NCBI GenBank assembly: GCA_032718475.1
Contig: JAUCBJ010009066.1
Location: forward strand, 1 to 64,000
DNA length: 64,000 nt
Direction of reading: 5' to 3'
From: Nemertoderma westbladi
Taxonomy: Eukaryota > Animalia > Xenacoelomorpha
Position 1 is the first letter of the stretch. Every line of letters starts with the position of its first letter. Under the pieces are notes generated by a model, which saw only the letters and a list, made by a program, of their open reading frames with translations, was not told the origin of the DNA and ran no database searches. Of the stretch, positions 38,301 to 53,300 are shown piece by piece. The position numbers were made by a program, and so were the translations under genes.

Positions 38301-41300
38301 GGGTATTAACTGTTGTAAATGGACCGATATCTTTACTCACCAGGGTATTAACTGTTGAAAATGGACCGATATCTTTACTCACCCGGCTATTAACTGTTGT
38401 AAATGGACCGATATCTTTACTCACCTGGGTATTAACTGTTGTAAATGGACCGATATCTTTACTCACCTGGGTATTAACTGTTGTAAATGGACCGATATCT
38501 TTACTCACCTGGGTATTAACTGTTGTAAATGGACCGATATCTTTACTCACCTGGGTATTAACTGTTGTAAATGGACCGATATCTTTATTCACCTGGGTAT
38601 TAACTGTTGTAAATGGACCGATATCTTTACTCACCTGGGTATTAACTGTTGTAAATTGACCGATATCTTTACTCACCCGGGTATTAACTGTTGTAAATGG
38701 ACCGATATCTTTACTCACCTGGGTATTAACTGTTGTAAATGGACCGATATCTTTACTCACCTGGGTATTAACTGTTGTAAATGGACCGATATCTTTACTC
38801 ACCTGGGTATTAACTGTTGAAAATGGACCGATATCTTTATTCACCTGGGTATTAACTGTTGTAAATGGACCGATATATTTACTCACCAGGGTATTAACTG
38901 TTGTAAATGGACCGATATTTTTATTCACCTGGGTATTATATAACTGTTGTAAATGGACCGATATCTTTACTCACCTGGGTATTAACTGTTGTAAATGGAC
39001 CGATATCTTTACTCACCTGGGTATTAACTGTTGTAAATGGACCGATATCTTTATTCACCTGGGTATTATATAACTGTTGTAAATGGACCGATATCTTTAT
39101 TCACCTGGGTATTAACTGTTGTAAATGGACCGATATCTTTACTCACCTGGGTATTAACTGTTGTAAATTGACCGATATCTTTACTCACCCGGGTATTAAC
39201 TGTTGTAAATGGACCGATATATTTACTCACCAGGGTATTAACTGTTGTAAATGGACCGATATCTTTATTCACCTGGGTATTATATAACTGTTGTAAATGG
39301 ACCGATATCTTTACTCACCTGGGTATTAACTGTTGTAAATGGACCGATATATTTACTCACCAGGGTATTAACTGTTGTAAATGGACCGATATCTTTATTC
39401 ACCTGGGTATTATATAACTGTTGTAAATGGACCGATATCTTTACTCACCTGGGTATTAACTGTTGTAAATGGACCGATATCTTTACTCACCTGGGTATTA
39501 ACTGTTGTAAATGGACCGATATCTTTACTCACCTGGGTATTAACTGTTGTAAATTGACCGATATCTTTACTCACCCGGGTATTAACTGTTGTAAATGGAC
39601 CGATATCTTTACTCACCTGGGTATTAACTGTTGTAAATGGACCGATATCTTTATTCACCTGGGTATTATATAACTGTTGTAAATGGACCGATATCTTTAC
39701 TCACCTGGGTATTAACTGTTGTAAATGGACCGATATCTTTACTCACCTGGGTATTAACTGTTGTAAATGGACCGATATCTTTACTCACCTGGGTATTAAC
39801 TGTTGTAAATGGACCGATATCTTTACTCACCTTGGTATTAACTGTTGTAAATGGACTGCTTTACTCACCTGGGTATTAACTGTTGTAAATGGACCGATAT
39901 CTTTACTCACCTGGGTCTTAACTGTTGTAAATGGACCGATATCTTTACTCACCTGGGTATTAACTGTTGTAAATGGACTGATATCTTTACTCACCTGGGT
40001 ATTATATAACTGTTGTAAATGGACCGATATCTTTACTCACCCGGGTATTAACTGTTGTAAATGGACCGATATCTTTACTCACCCGGGTATTAACTGTTGT
40101 AAATGGACCAATATCTTTACTCACCCGGGTATTAACTGTTGTAAATGGACCGATATCTTTATTCACCTGGGTATTATATAACTGTTGTAAATGGACCGAT
40201 ATCTTTACTCACCCGGGTATTAACTGTTGTAAATGGACCGATATCTTTACTCACCTGGGTCTTAACTGTTGTAAATGGACCGATATCTTTACTCACCTGG
40301 GTATTAACTGTTGTAAATGGACCGATATCTTTACTCACCTGGGTATTATATTAACTGTTGTAAATGGACCGATATCTTTACTCACCTGGGTCTTAACTGT
40401 TGTAAATGGACCGATATCTTTACTCACCTGGGTATTAACTGTTGTAAATGGACCGATATCTTTACTCACCTGGGTATTATATTAACTGTTGTAAATGGAC
40501 CGATATCTTTATTCACCTGGGTATTATATAACTGTTGTAAATGGACCGATATCTTTACTCACCTGGGTATTATATAACTGTTGTAAATGGACCGATATCT
40601 TTACTCACCCGGGTATTAACTGTTGTAAATGGACCGATATCTTTACTCACCTGGGTCTTAACTGTTGTAAATGGACCGATATCTTTACTCACCTGGGTAT
40701 TAACTGTTGTAAATGGACTGATATCTTTACTCACCTGGGTATTATATAACTGTTGTAAATGGACCGATATCTTTACTCACCCGGGTATTAACTGTTGTAA
40801 ATGGACCGATATCTTTACTCACCCGGGTATTAACTGTTGTAAATGGACCAATATCTTTACTCACCCGGGTATTAACTGTTGTAAATGGACCGATATCTTT
40901 ATTCACCTGGGTATTATATAACTGTTGTAAATGGACCGATATCTTTACTCACCCGGGTATTAACTGTTGTAAATGGACCGATATCTTTACTCACCTGGGT
41001 CTTAACTGTTGTAAATGGACCGATATCTTTACTCACCTGGGTATTAACTGTTGTAAATGGACCGATATCTTTACTCACCTGGGTATTATATTAACTGTTG
41101 TAAATGGACCGATATCTTTATTCACCTGGGTATTATATAACTGTTGTAAATGGACCGATATCTTTACTCACCTGGGTATTATATAACTGTTGTAAATGGA
41201 CCGATATCTTTACTCACCCGGGTATTAACTGTTGTAAATGGACCGATATCTTTACTCACCTGGGTCTTAACTGTTGTAAATGGACCGATATCTTTACTCA

Positions 41301-44300
41301 CCTGGGTATTAACTGTTGTAAATGGACTGATATCTTTACTCACCTGGGTATTATATAACTGTTGTAAATGGACCGATATCTTTACTCACCTGGGTATTAA
41401 TTGTTGTAAATGGACCGATATCTTTACTCACCCGGGTATTAACTGTTGTAAATGGACCGATATCTTTACTCACCCGGGTATTAACTGTTGTAAATGGACC
41501 GATATCTTTATTCACCTGGGTATTATATAACTGTTGTAAATGGACCGATATCTTTACTCACCCGGGTATTAACTGTTGTAAATGGACCGATATCTTTACT
41601 CAACTGGGTCTTAACTGTTGTAAATGGACCGATATCTTTACTCACCTGGGTATTAACTGTTGTAAATGGACCGATATCTTTACTCACCTGGGTATTATAT
41701 TAACTGTTGTAAATGGACCGATATCTTTATTCACCTGGGTATTATATAACTGTTGTAAATGGACCGATATCTTTACTCACCCGGGTATTAACTGTTGTAA
41801 ATGGACCGATATCTTTACTCACCTGGGTATTAACTGTTGTAAATGGACCGACATCTTTACTCACCTGGGTATTAACTGTTGTAAATGGACCGATATCTTT
41901 ACTCACCCGGGTATTAACTGTTGTAAATGGACCGATATCTTTACTCACCTGGGTATTAACTGTTGTAAATGGACCGATATCTTTACTCACCCGGGTATTA
42001 ACTGTTGTAAATGGACCGATATCTTTACTCACCTGGGTATTAACTGTTGTAAATGGACCGATATCTTTACTCACCTGGGTATTAACTGTTGTAAATGGAC
42101 CGATATCTTTATTCACCTGGGTATTATATAACTGTTGTAAATGGACCGATATCTTTACTCACCTGGGTATTAACTGTTGTAAATGGACCGATATCTTTAC
42201 TCACCTGGGTATTAACTGTTGTAAATGGACCGATATCTTTACTCACCTGGGTATTAACTGTTGAAATGGACCGATATCTTTATTCGCCTGGGTATTATAT
42301 AACTGTTGTAAATGGACCGATATCTTTACTCACCTGGGTATTAACTGTTGTAAATGGACAGATATCTTTACTCACCTGGGTATTAACTGTTGTAAATGGA
42401 CCGATATCTTTATTCACCTGGGTATTATATAACTGTTGTAAATGGACCGATATCTTTACTCACCTGGGTATTAACTGTTGTAAATGGACCGATATCTTTA
42501 CTCACCTGGGTATTAACTGTTGTAAATGGACCGATATCTTTACTCACCTGGGTATTAACTGTTGAAATGGACCGATATCTTTATTCACCTGGGTATTATA
42601 TAACTGTTGTAAATGGACCGATATCTTTACTCACCTGGGTATTAACTGTTGTAAATGGACCGATATCTTTACTCACCTGGGTATTAACTGTTGTAAATGG
42701 ACCGATATCTTTATTCACCTGGGTATTATATAACTGTTGTAAATGGACCGATATCTTTACTCACCTGGGTATTAACTGTTGTAAATTGACCGATATCTTT
42801 ACTCACCTGGGTATTAACTGTTGTAAATGGACCGATATCTTTACTCACCTGGGTATTAACAGTTGTAAATGGACCGATATCTTTACTCACCTGGGTATTA
42901 ACTGTTGTAAATGGACCGATATCTTTACTCACCTGGGTATTAACAGTTGTAAATGGACCGATATCTTTACTCACCTGGGTATTAACTGTTGTAAATGGAC
43001 CGATATCTTTACTCACCTGGGTATTAACTGTTGTAAATGGACCGATATCTTTATTCACCTGGGTATTATATAACTGTTGTAAATGGACCGATATCTTTAC
43101 TCACCTGGGTATTAACTGTTGTAAATGGACCGATATCTTTACTCACCTGGGTATTAACTGTTTTAAATGGACCGATATCTTTACTCACCAGGGTATTAAC
43201 TGTTGTAAATGGACCGATATCTTTACTCACCAGGGTATTAACTGTTGTAAATGGACCGATATCTTTACTCACCTGGGTATTAACTGTTGTAAATGGACCG
43301 ATATATTTACTCACCAGGGTATTAACTGTTGTAAATGGACCGATATCTTTATTCACCTGGGTATTATATAACTCTTTAACTGTTGTAAATGGACCGATAT
43401 CTTTACTCACCTGGGTATTAACTGTTGTAAATGGACCGATATCTTTACTCACCTGGGTATTAACTGTTGTAAATGGACCGATATCTTTACTCACCTGGGT
43501 ATTAACTGTTGTAAATTGACCGATATCTTTACTCACCCGGGTATTAACTGTTGTAAATGGACCGATATCTTTACTCACCTGGGTATTAACTGTTGTAAAT
43601 GGACCGATATCTTTATTCACCTGGGTATTATATAACTGTTGTAAATGGACCGATATCTTTACTCACCTGGGTATTAACTGTTGTAAATGGACCGATATCT
43701 TTACTCACCTGGGTATTAACTGTTGCAAATGGACCGATATCTTTACTCACCTGGGTATAACTGTTGTAAATGGACCGATATCTTTACTCACCTGGGTATT
43801 AACTGTTGCAAATGGACCGATATATTTACTCACCTGGGTATTAACTGTTGTAAATGGACCGATATCTTTACTCACCCGGGTATTAACTGTTGTAAATGGA
43901 CCGATATCTTTACTCACCTGGGTATTAACTGTTGTAAATTGACCGATATCTTTACTCACCCGGGTATTAACTGTTGTAAATGGACCGATATCTTTACTCA
44001 CCTGGGTATTAACTGTTGTAAATGGACCGATATCTTTATTCACCTGGGTATTAACTGTTGTAAATGGACCGATATCTTTACTCACCTGGGTATTAACTGT
44101 TGTAAATGGACCGATATCTTTACTCACCCGGGTATTAACTGTTGTAAATGGACCGATATCTTTACTCACCTGGGTATTAACTGTTGTAAATGGACCGATA
44201 TCTTTATTCACCTGGGTATTATATAACTGTTGTAAATGGACCGATATCTTTACTCACCTGGGTATTAACTGTTGTAAATGGACCGATATCTTTACTCACC

Positions 44301-47300
44301 TGGGTATTAACTGTTGCAAATGGACCGATATCTTTACTCACCTGGGTATAACTGTTGTAAATGGACCGATATCTTTACTCACCTGGGTATTAACTGTTGT
44401 AAATGGACCGATATATTTACTCACCTGGGTATTAACTGTTGTAAATGGACCGATATCTTTACTCACCCGGGTATTAACTGTTGTAAATGGACCGATATCT
44501 TTACTCACCTGGGTATTAACTGTTGTAAATTGACCGATATCTTTACTCACCCGGGTATTAACTGTTGTAAATGGACCGATATCTTTACTCACCTGGGTAT
44601 TAACTGTTGTAAATGGACCGATATCTTTATTCACCTGGGTATTAACTGTTGTAAATGGACCGATATCTTTACTCACCTGGGTATTAACTGTTGTAAATGG
44701 ACCGATATCTTTACTCACCCGGGTATTAACTGTTGTAAATGGACCGATATCTTTACTCACCAGGGTATTAACTGTTGAAAATGGACCGATATCTTTACTC
44801 ACCCGGGTATTAACTGTTGTAAATGGACCGATATCTTTACTCACCTGGGTATTAACTGTTGTAAATGGACCGATATCTTTACTCACCTGGGTATTAACTG
44901 TTGTAAATGGACCGATATCTTTACTCACCTGGGTATTAACTGTTGTAAATGGACCGATATCTTTACTCACCTGGGTATTAACTGTTGTAAATGGACCGAT
45001 ATCTTTATTCACCTGGGTATTAACTGTTGTAAATGGACCGATATCTTTACTCACCTGGGTATTAACTGTTGTAAATTGACCGATATCTTTACTCACCCGG
45101 GTATTAACTGTTGTAAATGGACCGATATATTTACTCACCAGGGTATTAACTGTTGTAAATGGACTGATATCTTTATTCACCTGGGTATTATATAACTGTT
45201 GTAAATGGACCGATATCTTTACTCACCTGGGTATTAACTGTTGTAAATGGACCGATATCTTTACTCACCTGGGTATTAACTGTTGTAAATGGACCGATAT
45301 CTTTACTCACCTGGGTATTAACTGTTGTAAATTGACCGATATCTTTACTCACCCGGGTATTAACTGTTGTAAATGGACCGGTATCTTTACTCACCTGGGT
45401 ATTAACTGTTGTAAATGGACCGATATCTTTATTCACCTGGGTATTATATAACTGTTGTAAATGGACCGATATCTTTACTCACCTGGGTATTAACTGTTGT
45501 AAATGGACCGATATCTTTACTCACCTGGGTATTAACTGTTGTAAATGGACCGATATCTTTACTCACCTGGGTATTAACTGTTGTAAATGGACCGATATCT
45601 TTACTCACCTGGGTATTAACTGTTGTAAATGGACCGATATATTTACTCACCTGGGTATTAACTGTTGTAAATGGACCGATATCTTTATTCACCTGGGTAT
45701 TATATAACTGTTGTAAATGGACCGATATCTTTACTCACCTGGGTGTTAACTGTTGTAAATGGACCGATATCTTTACTCACCTGGGTATTAACTGTTGTAA
45801 ATGGACCGATATCTTTACTCACCTGGGTATTAACTGTTGTAAATGGACCGATATCTTTACTCACCTGGGTATTAACTGTTGTAAATGGACCGATATCTTT
45901 ACTCACCTGGGTATTAACTGTTGTAAATGGATCGATATCTTTACTCACCTGGGTATTAACTGTTGTAAATGGACCGATATCTTTACTCACCTGGGTATTA
46001 CCCCTATTAACTGTTGTAAATGGACCGATATCTTTACTCACCTGGGTATTAACTGTTGTAAATGGACCGATATCTTTACTCACCTGGGTATTAACTGTTG
46101 TAAATGGACCGATATCTTTACTCACCTGGGTATTAACTGTTGTAAATGGACCGATATCTTTACTCACCTGGGTATTAACTGTTGTAAATGGACCGATATC
46201 TTTACTCACCTGGGTATTAACTGTTGTAAATGGACCGATATCTTTACTCACCTGGGTATTAACTGTTGTAAATGGACCGATATCTTTACTCACCTGGGTA
46301 TTAACTGTTGAAAATGGACCGATATCTTTATTCACCTGGGTATTANNNNNNNNNNNNNNNNNNNNNNNNNNNNNNNNNNNNNNNNNNNNNNNNNNNNNNN
46401 NNNNNNNNNNNNNNNNNNNNNNNNNNNNNNNNNNNNNNNNNNNNNTGCTTTACTCACCTGGGTATTAACTGTTGTAAATGGACCGATATCTTTACTCACC
46501 TGGGTATTAACTGTTGTAAATGGACCGATATCTTTACTCACCTGGGTATTAACTGTTGTAAATGGACCGATATCTTTACTCACCTGGGTATTAACTGTTG
46601 TAAATGGACCGATATCTTTACTCACCTGGGTATTAACTGTTGTAAATGGACCTGCTTTACTCACCTGGGTATTAACTGTTGTAAATGGACCGATATCTTT
46701 ACTCACCTGGGTATTAACTGTTGTAAATGGACTAGCTTTACTCACCTGGGTATTAACTGTTGTAAATGGACCAATATCTTTACTCACCTGGGTATTAACT
46801 GTTGTAAATGGACCGATATCTTTACTCACCTGGGTATTAACTGTTGTAAATGGACGTATCTTTACTCACCTGGGTATTAACTGTTGTAAATGGACCGATA
46901 TCTTTACTCACCTGGGTATTAACTGTTGTAAATGGACCGATATCTTTACTCACCTGGGTATTAACTGTTGTAAATGGACCGATATCTTTACTCACCTGGG
47001 TATTAACTGTTGTAAATGGACCGATATCTTTACTCACCTGGGTATTAACTGTTGTAAATGGACTGCTTTACTCACCTGGGTATTAACTGTTGTAAATGGA
47101 CCGATATCTTTACTCACCTGGGTATTAACTGTTGTAAATGGACCGATATCTTTACTCACCTGGGTATTAACTGTTGTAAATGGACCGATATCTTTACTCA
47201 CCTGGGTATTAACTGTTGTAAATGGACCGATATCTTTACTCACCTGGGTATTAACTGTTGTAAATGGACCGATATCTTTACTCACCTGGGTATTAACTGT

Positions 47301-50300
47301 TGTAAATGGACTGCTTTACTCACCTGGGTATTAACTGTTGTAAATGGACCGATATCTTTACTCACCTGGGTATTAACTGTTGTAAATGGACCGATATCTT
47401 TACTCACCTGGGTATTAACTGTTGTAAATGGACCGATATCTTTACTCACCTGGGTATTAACTGTTGTAAATGGACCGATATCTTTACTCACCAGGGTATT
47501 AACTGTTGTAAATGGACCGATATCTTTACTCACCTGGGTATTAACTGTTGTAAATGGACCGATATCTTTACTCACCTGGGTATTAACTGTTGTAAATGGA
47601 CCGATATCTTTACTCACCTGGGTATTAACTGTTGTAAATGGACCGATATCTTTACTCACCTGGGTATTAACTGTTGTAAATGGACCGATATCTTTACTCA
47701 CCTGGGTATTAACTGTTGTAAATGGACCGATATCTTTACTCACCTGGGTATTAACTGTTGTAAATGGACCGATATCTTTACTCACCTGGGTATTAACTGT
47801 TGTAAATGGACCGATATCTTTACTCACCTGGGTATTAACTGTTGTAAATGGACCGATATCTTTACTCACCTGGGTATTAACTGTTGTAAATGGACGTGCT
47901 TTACTCACCTGGGTATTAACTGTTGTAAATGGACCGTATCTTTACTCACCTGGGTATTAACTGTTGTAAATGGACTGCTTTACTCACCTGGGTATTAACT
48001 GTTGTAAATGGACCGATATCTTTACTCACCTGGGTATTAACTGTTGTAAATGGACCGATATCTTTACTCACCTGGGTATTAACTGTTGTAAATGGACCGA
48101 TATCTTTACTCACCTGGGTATTAACTGTTGTAAATGGACCGATATCTTTACTCACCTGGGTATTAACTGTTGTAAATGGACTGCTTTACTCACCTGGGTA
48201 TTAACTGTTGTAAATGGACCGATATCTTTACTCACCTGGGTATTAACTGTTGTAAATGGACGTAGCTTTACTCACCTGGGTATTAACTGTTGTAAATGGA
48301 CCAATATCTTTACTCACCTGGGTATTAACTGTTGTAAATGGACCGATATCTTTACTCACCTGGGTATTAACTGTTGTAAATGGACGATGCTTTACTCACC
48401 TGGGTATTAACTGTTGTAAATGGACTGCTTTACTCACCTGGGTATTAACTGTTGTAAATGGACCGATATCTTTACTCACCTGGGTATTAACTGTTGTAAA
48501 TGGACTGCTTTACTCACCTGGGTATTAACTGTTGTAAATGGACCGATATCTTTACTCACCTGGGTATTAACTGTTGTAAATGGACCGATATCTTTACTCA
48601 CCTGGGTATTAACTGTTGTAAATGGACTGCTTTACTCACCTGGGTATTAACTGTTGTAAATGGACCGATATCTTTACTCACCTGGGTATTAACTGTTGTA
48701 AATGGACTGCTTTACTCACCTGGGTATTAACTGTTGTAAATGGACCAATATCTTTACTCACCTGGGTATTAACTGTTGTAAATGGACCGATATCTTTACT
48801 CACCTGGGTATTAACTGTTGTAAATGGACTACTTTACTCACCTGGGTATTAACTGTTGTAAATGGACCGATATCTTTACTCACCTGGGTATTAACTGTTG
48901 TAAATGGACCGATATCTTTACTCACCTGGGTATTAACTGTTGAAAATGGACCGATATCTTTACTCACCTGGGTATTAACTGTTGTAAATGGACCGATATC
49001 TTTACTCACCTGGGTATTAACTGTTGTAAATGGACTGCTTTACTCACCTGGGTATTAACTGTTGTAAATGGACCGATATCTTTACTCACCTGGGTATTAA
49101 CTGTTGTAAATGGACCGATATCTTTACTCACCTGGGTATTAACTGTTGTAAATGGACCGATATCTTTACTCACCTGGGTATTAACTGTTGTAAATGGACC
49201 GATATCTTTACTCACCTGGGTATTAACTGTTGTAAATGGACCGATATCTTTACTCACCTTGGTATTAACTGTTGTAAATGGACGTGCTTTACTCACCTGG
49301 GTATTAACTGTTGTAAATGGACCGATATCTTTACTCACCTGGGTATTAACTGTTGTAAATGGACCGATATCTTTACTCACCTGGGTATTAACTGTTGAAA
49401 ATGGACCGATATCTTTACTCACCTGGGTATTAACTGTTGTAAATGGACCGATATCTTTACTCACCTGGGTATTAACTGTTGTAAATGGACCGATATCTTT
49501 ACTCACCTGGGTATTAACTGTTGAAAATGGACCGATATCTTTACTCACCTGGGTATTAACTGTTGTAAATGGACCGATATCTTTACTCACCTGGGTATTA
49601 ACTGTTGTAAATGGACCGATATCTTTACTCACCTGGGTATTAACTGTTGTAAATGGACCGATATCTTTACTCACCTGGGTATTAACTGTTGAAAATGGAC
49701 CGATATCTTTACTCACCTGGGTATTAACTGTTGTAAATGGACCGATATCTTTACTCACCTGGGTATTAACTGTTGTAAATGGACCGATATCTTTACTCAC
49801 CTGGGTATTAACTGTTGTAAATGGACCGATATCTTTACTCACCTGGGTATTAACTGTTGTAAATGGACCGATATCTTTACTCACCTGGGTATTAACTGTT
49901 GTAAATGGACCGATATCTTTACTCACCTGGGTATTAACTGTTGTAAATGGACCGATATCTTTACTCACCTGGGTATTAACTGTTGAAAATGGACCGATAT
50001 CTTTACTCACCTGGGTATTAACTGTTGTAAATGGACCGATATCTTTACTCACCTTGGTATTAACTGTTGTAAATGGACTGCTTTACTCACCTGGGTATTA
50101 ACTGTTGTAAATGGACCGATATCTTTACTCACCCGGGTATTAACTGTTGTAAATGGACCGATATCTTTACTCACCTGGGTATTAACTGTTGTAAATGGAC
50201 CGATATCTTTACTCACCTGGGTATTAACTGTTGTAAATGGACCGATATCTTTACTCACCTGGGTATTAACTGTTGTAAATGGACTGCTTTACTCACCTGG

Positions 50301-53300
50301 GTATTAACTGTTGTAAATGGACCGATATCTTTACTCACCCGGGTATTAACTGTTGTAAATGGACCGATATCTTTACTCACCTGGGTATTAACTGTTGTAA
50401 ATGGACCGATATCTTTACTCACCTGGGTATTAACTGTTGTAAATGGACCGATATCTTTACTCACCTGGGTATTAACTGTTGTAAATGGACCGATATCTTT
50501 ACTCACCTGGGTATTAACTGTTGTAAATGGACCGATATCTTTACTCACCTGGGTATTAACTGTTGTAAATGGACCGATAGCTTTACTCACCTCCACCTGG
50601 TATTAACTGTTGTAAATGGACCGATATCTTTACTCACCTGGGTATTAACTGTTGTAAATGGACCGATATCTTTACTCACCTGGGTATTAACTGTTGTAAA
50701 TGGACCGATATCTTTACTCACCTGGGTATTAACTGTTGTAAATGGACCGATATCTTTACTGCTCACCTGGGTATTAACTGTTGTAAATGGACCGATATCT
50801 TTACTCACCTGGGTATTAACTGTTGTAAATGGACCGATATCTTTATTCACCTGGGTATTATATAACTGTTGTAAATGGACCGATATCTTTACTCACCTGG
50901 GTATTAACTGTTGTAAATGGACCGATATCTTTACTCACCCGGGTATTAACTGTTGTAAATGGACCGATATCTTTACTCACCTGGGTATTAACTGTTGTAA
51001 ATGGACTACTTTACTCACCTGGGTATTAACTGTTGTAAATGGACCGATATCTTTACTCACCTGGGTATTAACTGTTGTAAATGGACCGATATCTTTACTC
51101 ACCTGGGTATTAACTGTTGTAAATGGACCGATATCTTTACTCACCTGGGTATTAACTGTTGTAAATGGACCGATATCTTTACTCACCTGGGTATTAACTG
51201 TTGTAAATGGACCGTGCTTTACTCACCTGGGTATTAACTGTTGTAAATGGACCGATATCTTTACTCACCTGGGTATTAACTGTTGTAAATGGACCGATAT
51301 CTTTACTCACCTGGGTATTAACTGTTGTAAATGGACCGATATCTTTACTCACCTGGGTATTAACTGTTGTAAATGGACCGATATCTTTACTCACCTGGGT
51401 ATTAACTGTTGTAAATGGACCGATATCTTTACTCACCTGGGTATTAACTGTTGTAAATGGACGTGCTTTACTCACCTGGGTATTAACTGTTGTAAATGGA
51501 CCGATATCTTTACTCACCTGGGTATTAACTGTTGTAAATGGACCGATATCTTTACTCACCTGGGTATTAACTGTTGAAAATGGACCGATATCTTTACTCA
51601 CCTGGGTATTAACTGTTGTAAATGGACCGATATCTTTACTCACCTGGGTATTAACTGTTGTAAATGGACCGATATCTTTACTCACCTGGGTATTAACTGT
51701 TGAAAATGGACCGATATCTTTACTCACCTGGGTATTAACTGTTGTAAATGGACCGATATCTTTACTCACCTGGGTATTAACTGTTGTAAATGGACCGATA
51801 TCTTTACTCACCTGGGTATTAACTGTTGTAAATGGACCGATATCTTTACTCACCTGGGTATTAACTGTTGTAAATGGACCGATATCTTTACTCACCTGGG
51901 TATTAACTGTTGTAAATGGACCGATATCTTTACTCACCTGGGTATTAACTGTTGTAAATGGACCGATATCTTTACTCACCTGGGTATTAACTGTTGTAAA
52001 TGGACCGATATCTTTACTCACCTGGGTATTAACTGTTGTAAATGGACCGATATCTTTACTCACCTGGGTATTAACTGTTGAAAATGGACCGATATCTTTA
52101 CTCACCTGGGTATTAACTGTTGTAAATGGACCGATATCTTTACTCACCTGGGTATTAACTGTTGAAAATGGACCGATATCTTTACTCACCTGGGTATTAA
52201 CTGTTGTAAATGGACCGATATCTTTACTCACCTTGGTATTAACTGTTGTAAATGGACTGCTTTACTCACCTGGGTATTAACTGTTGTAAATGGACCGATA
52301 TCTTTACTCACCCGGGTATTAACTGTTGTAAATGGACCGATATCTTTACTCACCTGGGTATTAACTGTTGTAAATGGACCGATATCTTTACTCACCTGGG
52401 TATTAACTGTTGTAAATGGACCGATATCTTTACTCACCTGGGTATTAACTGTTGTAAATGGACGTAGCTTTACTCACCTGGGTATTAACTGTTGTAAATG
52501 GACCGATATCTTTACTCACCCGGGTATTAACTGTTGTAAATGGACCGATATCTTTACTCACCTGGGTATTAACTGTTGTAAATGGACCGATATCTTTACT
52601 CACCTGGGTATTAACTGTTGTAAATGGACCGATAGCTTTACTCACCTGGGTATTAACTGTTGTAAATAGACCGATATCTTTACTCACCTGGGTTTAACTG
52701 TTGTAAATGGACCGATATCTTTACTCACCTGGGTATTAACTGTTGTAAATGGACCGATAGCTTTACTCACCTCCACCTGGTATTAACTGTTGTAAATGGA
52801 CCGATATCTTTACTCACCTGGGTATTAACTGTTGTAAATGGACCGATATCTTTACTCACCTGGGTATTAACTGTTGTAAATGGACCGATATCTTTACTCA
52901 CCTGGGTATTAACTGTTGTAAATGGACCGATATATTTACTGACTCACCTGGGTATTAACTGTTGTAAATGGACCGATATCTTTACTCACCTGGGTATTAA
53001 CTGTAGTAAATGGACCGATATCTTTATTCACCCGGGTATTATATAACTGTTGTAAATGGACCGATATCTTTACTCACCTGGGTATTAACTGTTGTAAATG
53101 GACCGATATCTTTATTCACCCGGGTATTATATAACTGTTGTAAATGTACCGATATCTTTACTCACCCGGGTATTATATACTGTTGTAAATGGACCGATAT
53201 CTTTACTCACCCGGGTATTATATAACTGTTGTAAATGGACCGATATCTTTACTCACCCGGGTATTAACTGTTGTAAATGGACCGATATCTTTACTCACCT

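Noticed and set aside
46446-53000. Diverse intermediate unit variants (ggactagc, ggacgtgc, ggaccgtatc) and a ~2180-bp duplication after the gap
   Set aside because: They look like consensus mixtures of the 42-bp and 38-bp units next to an assembly gap, so are likely polishing artefacts.
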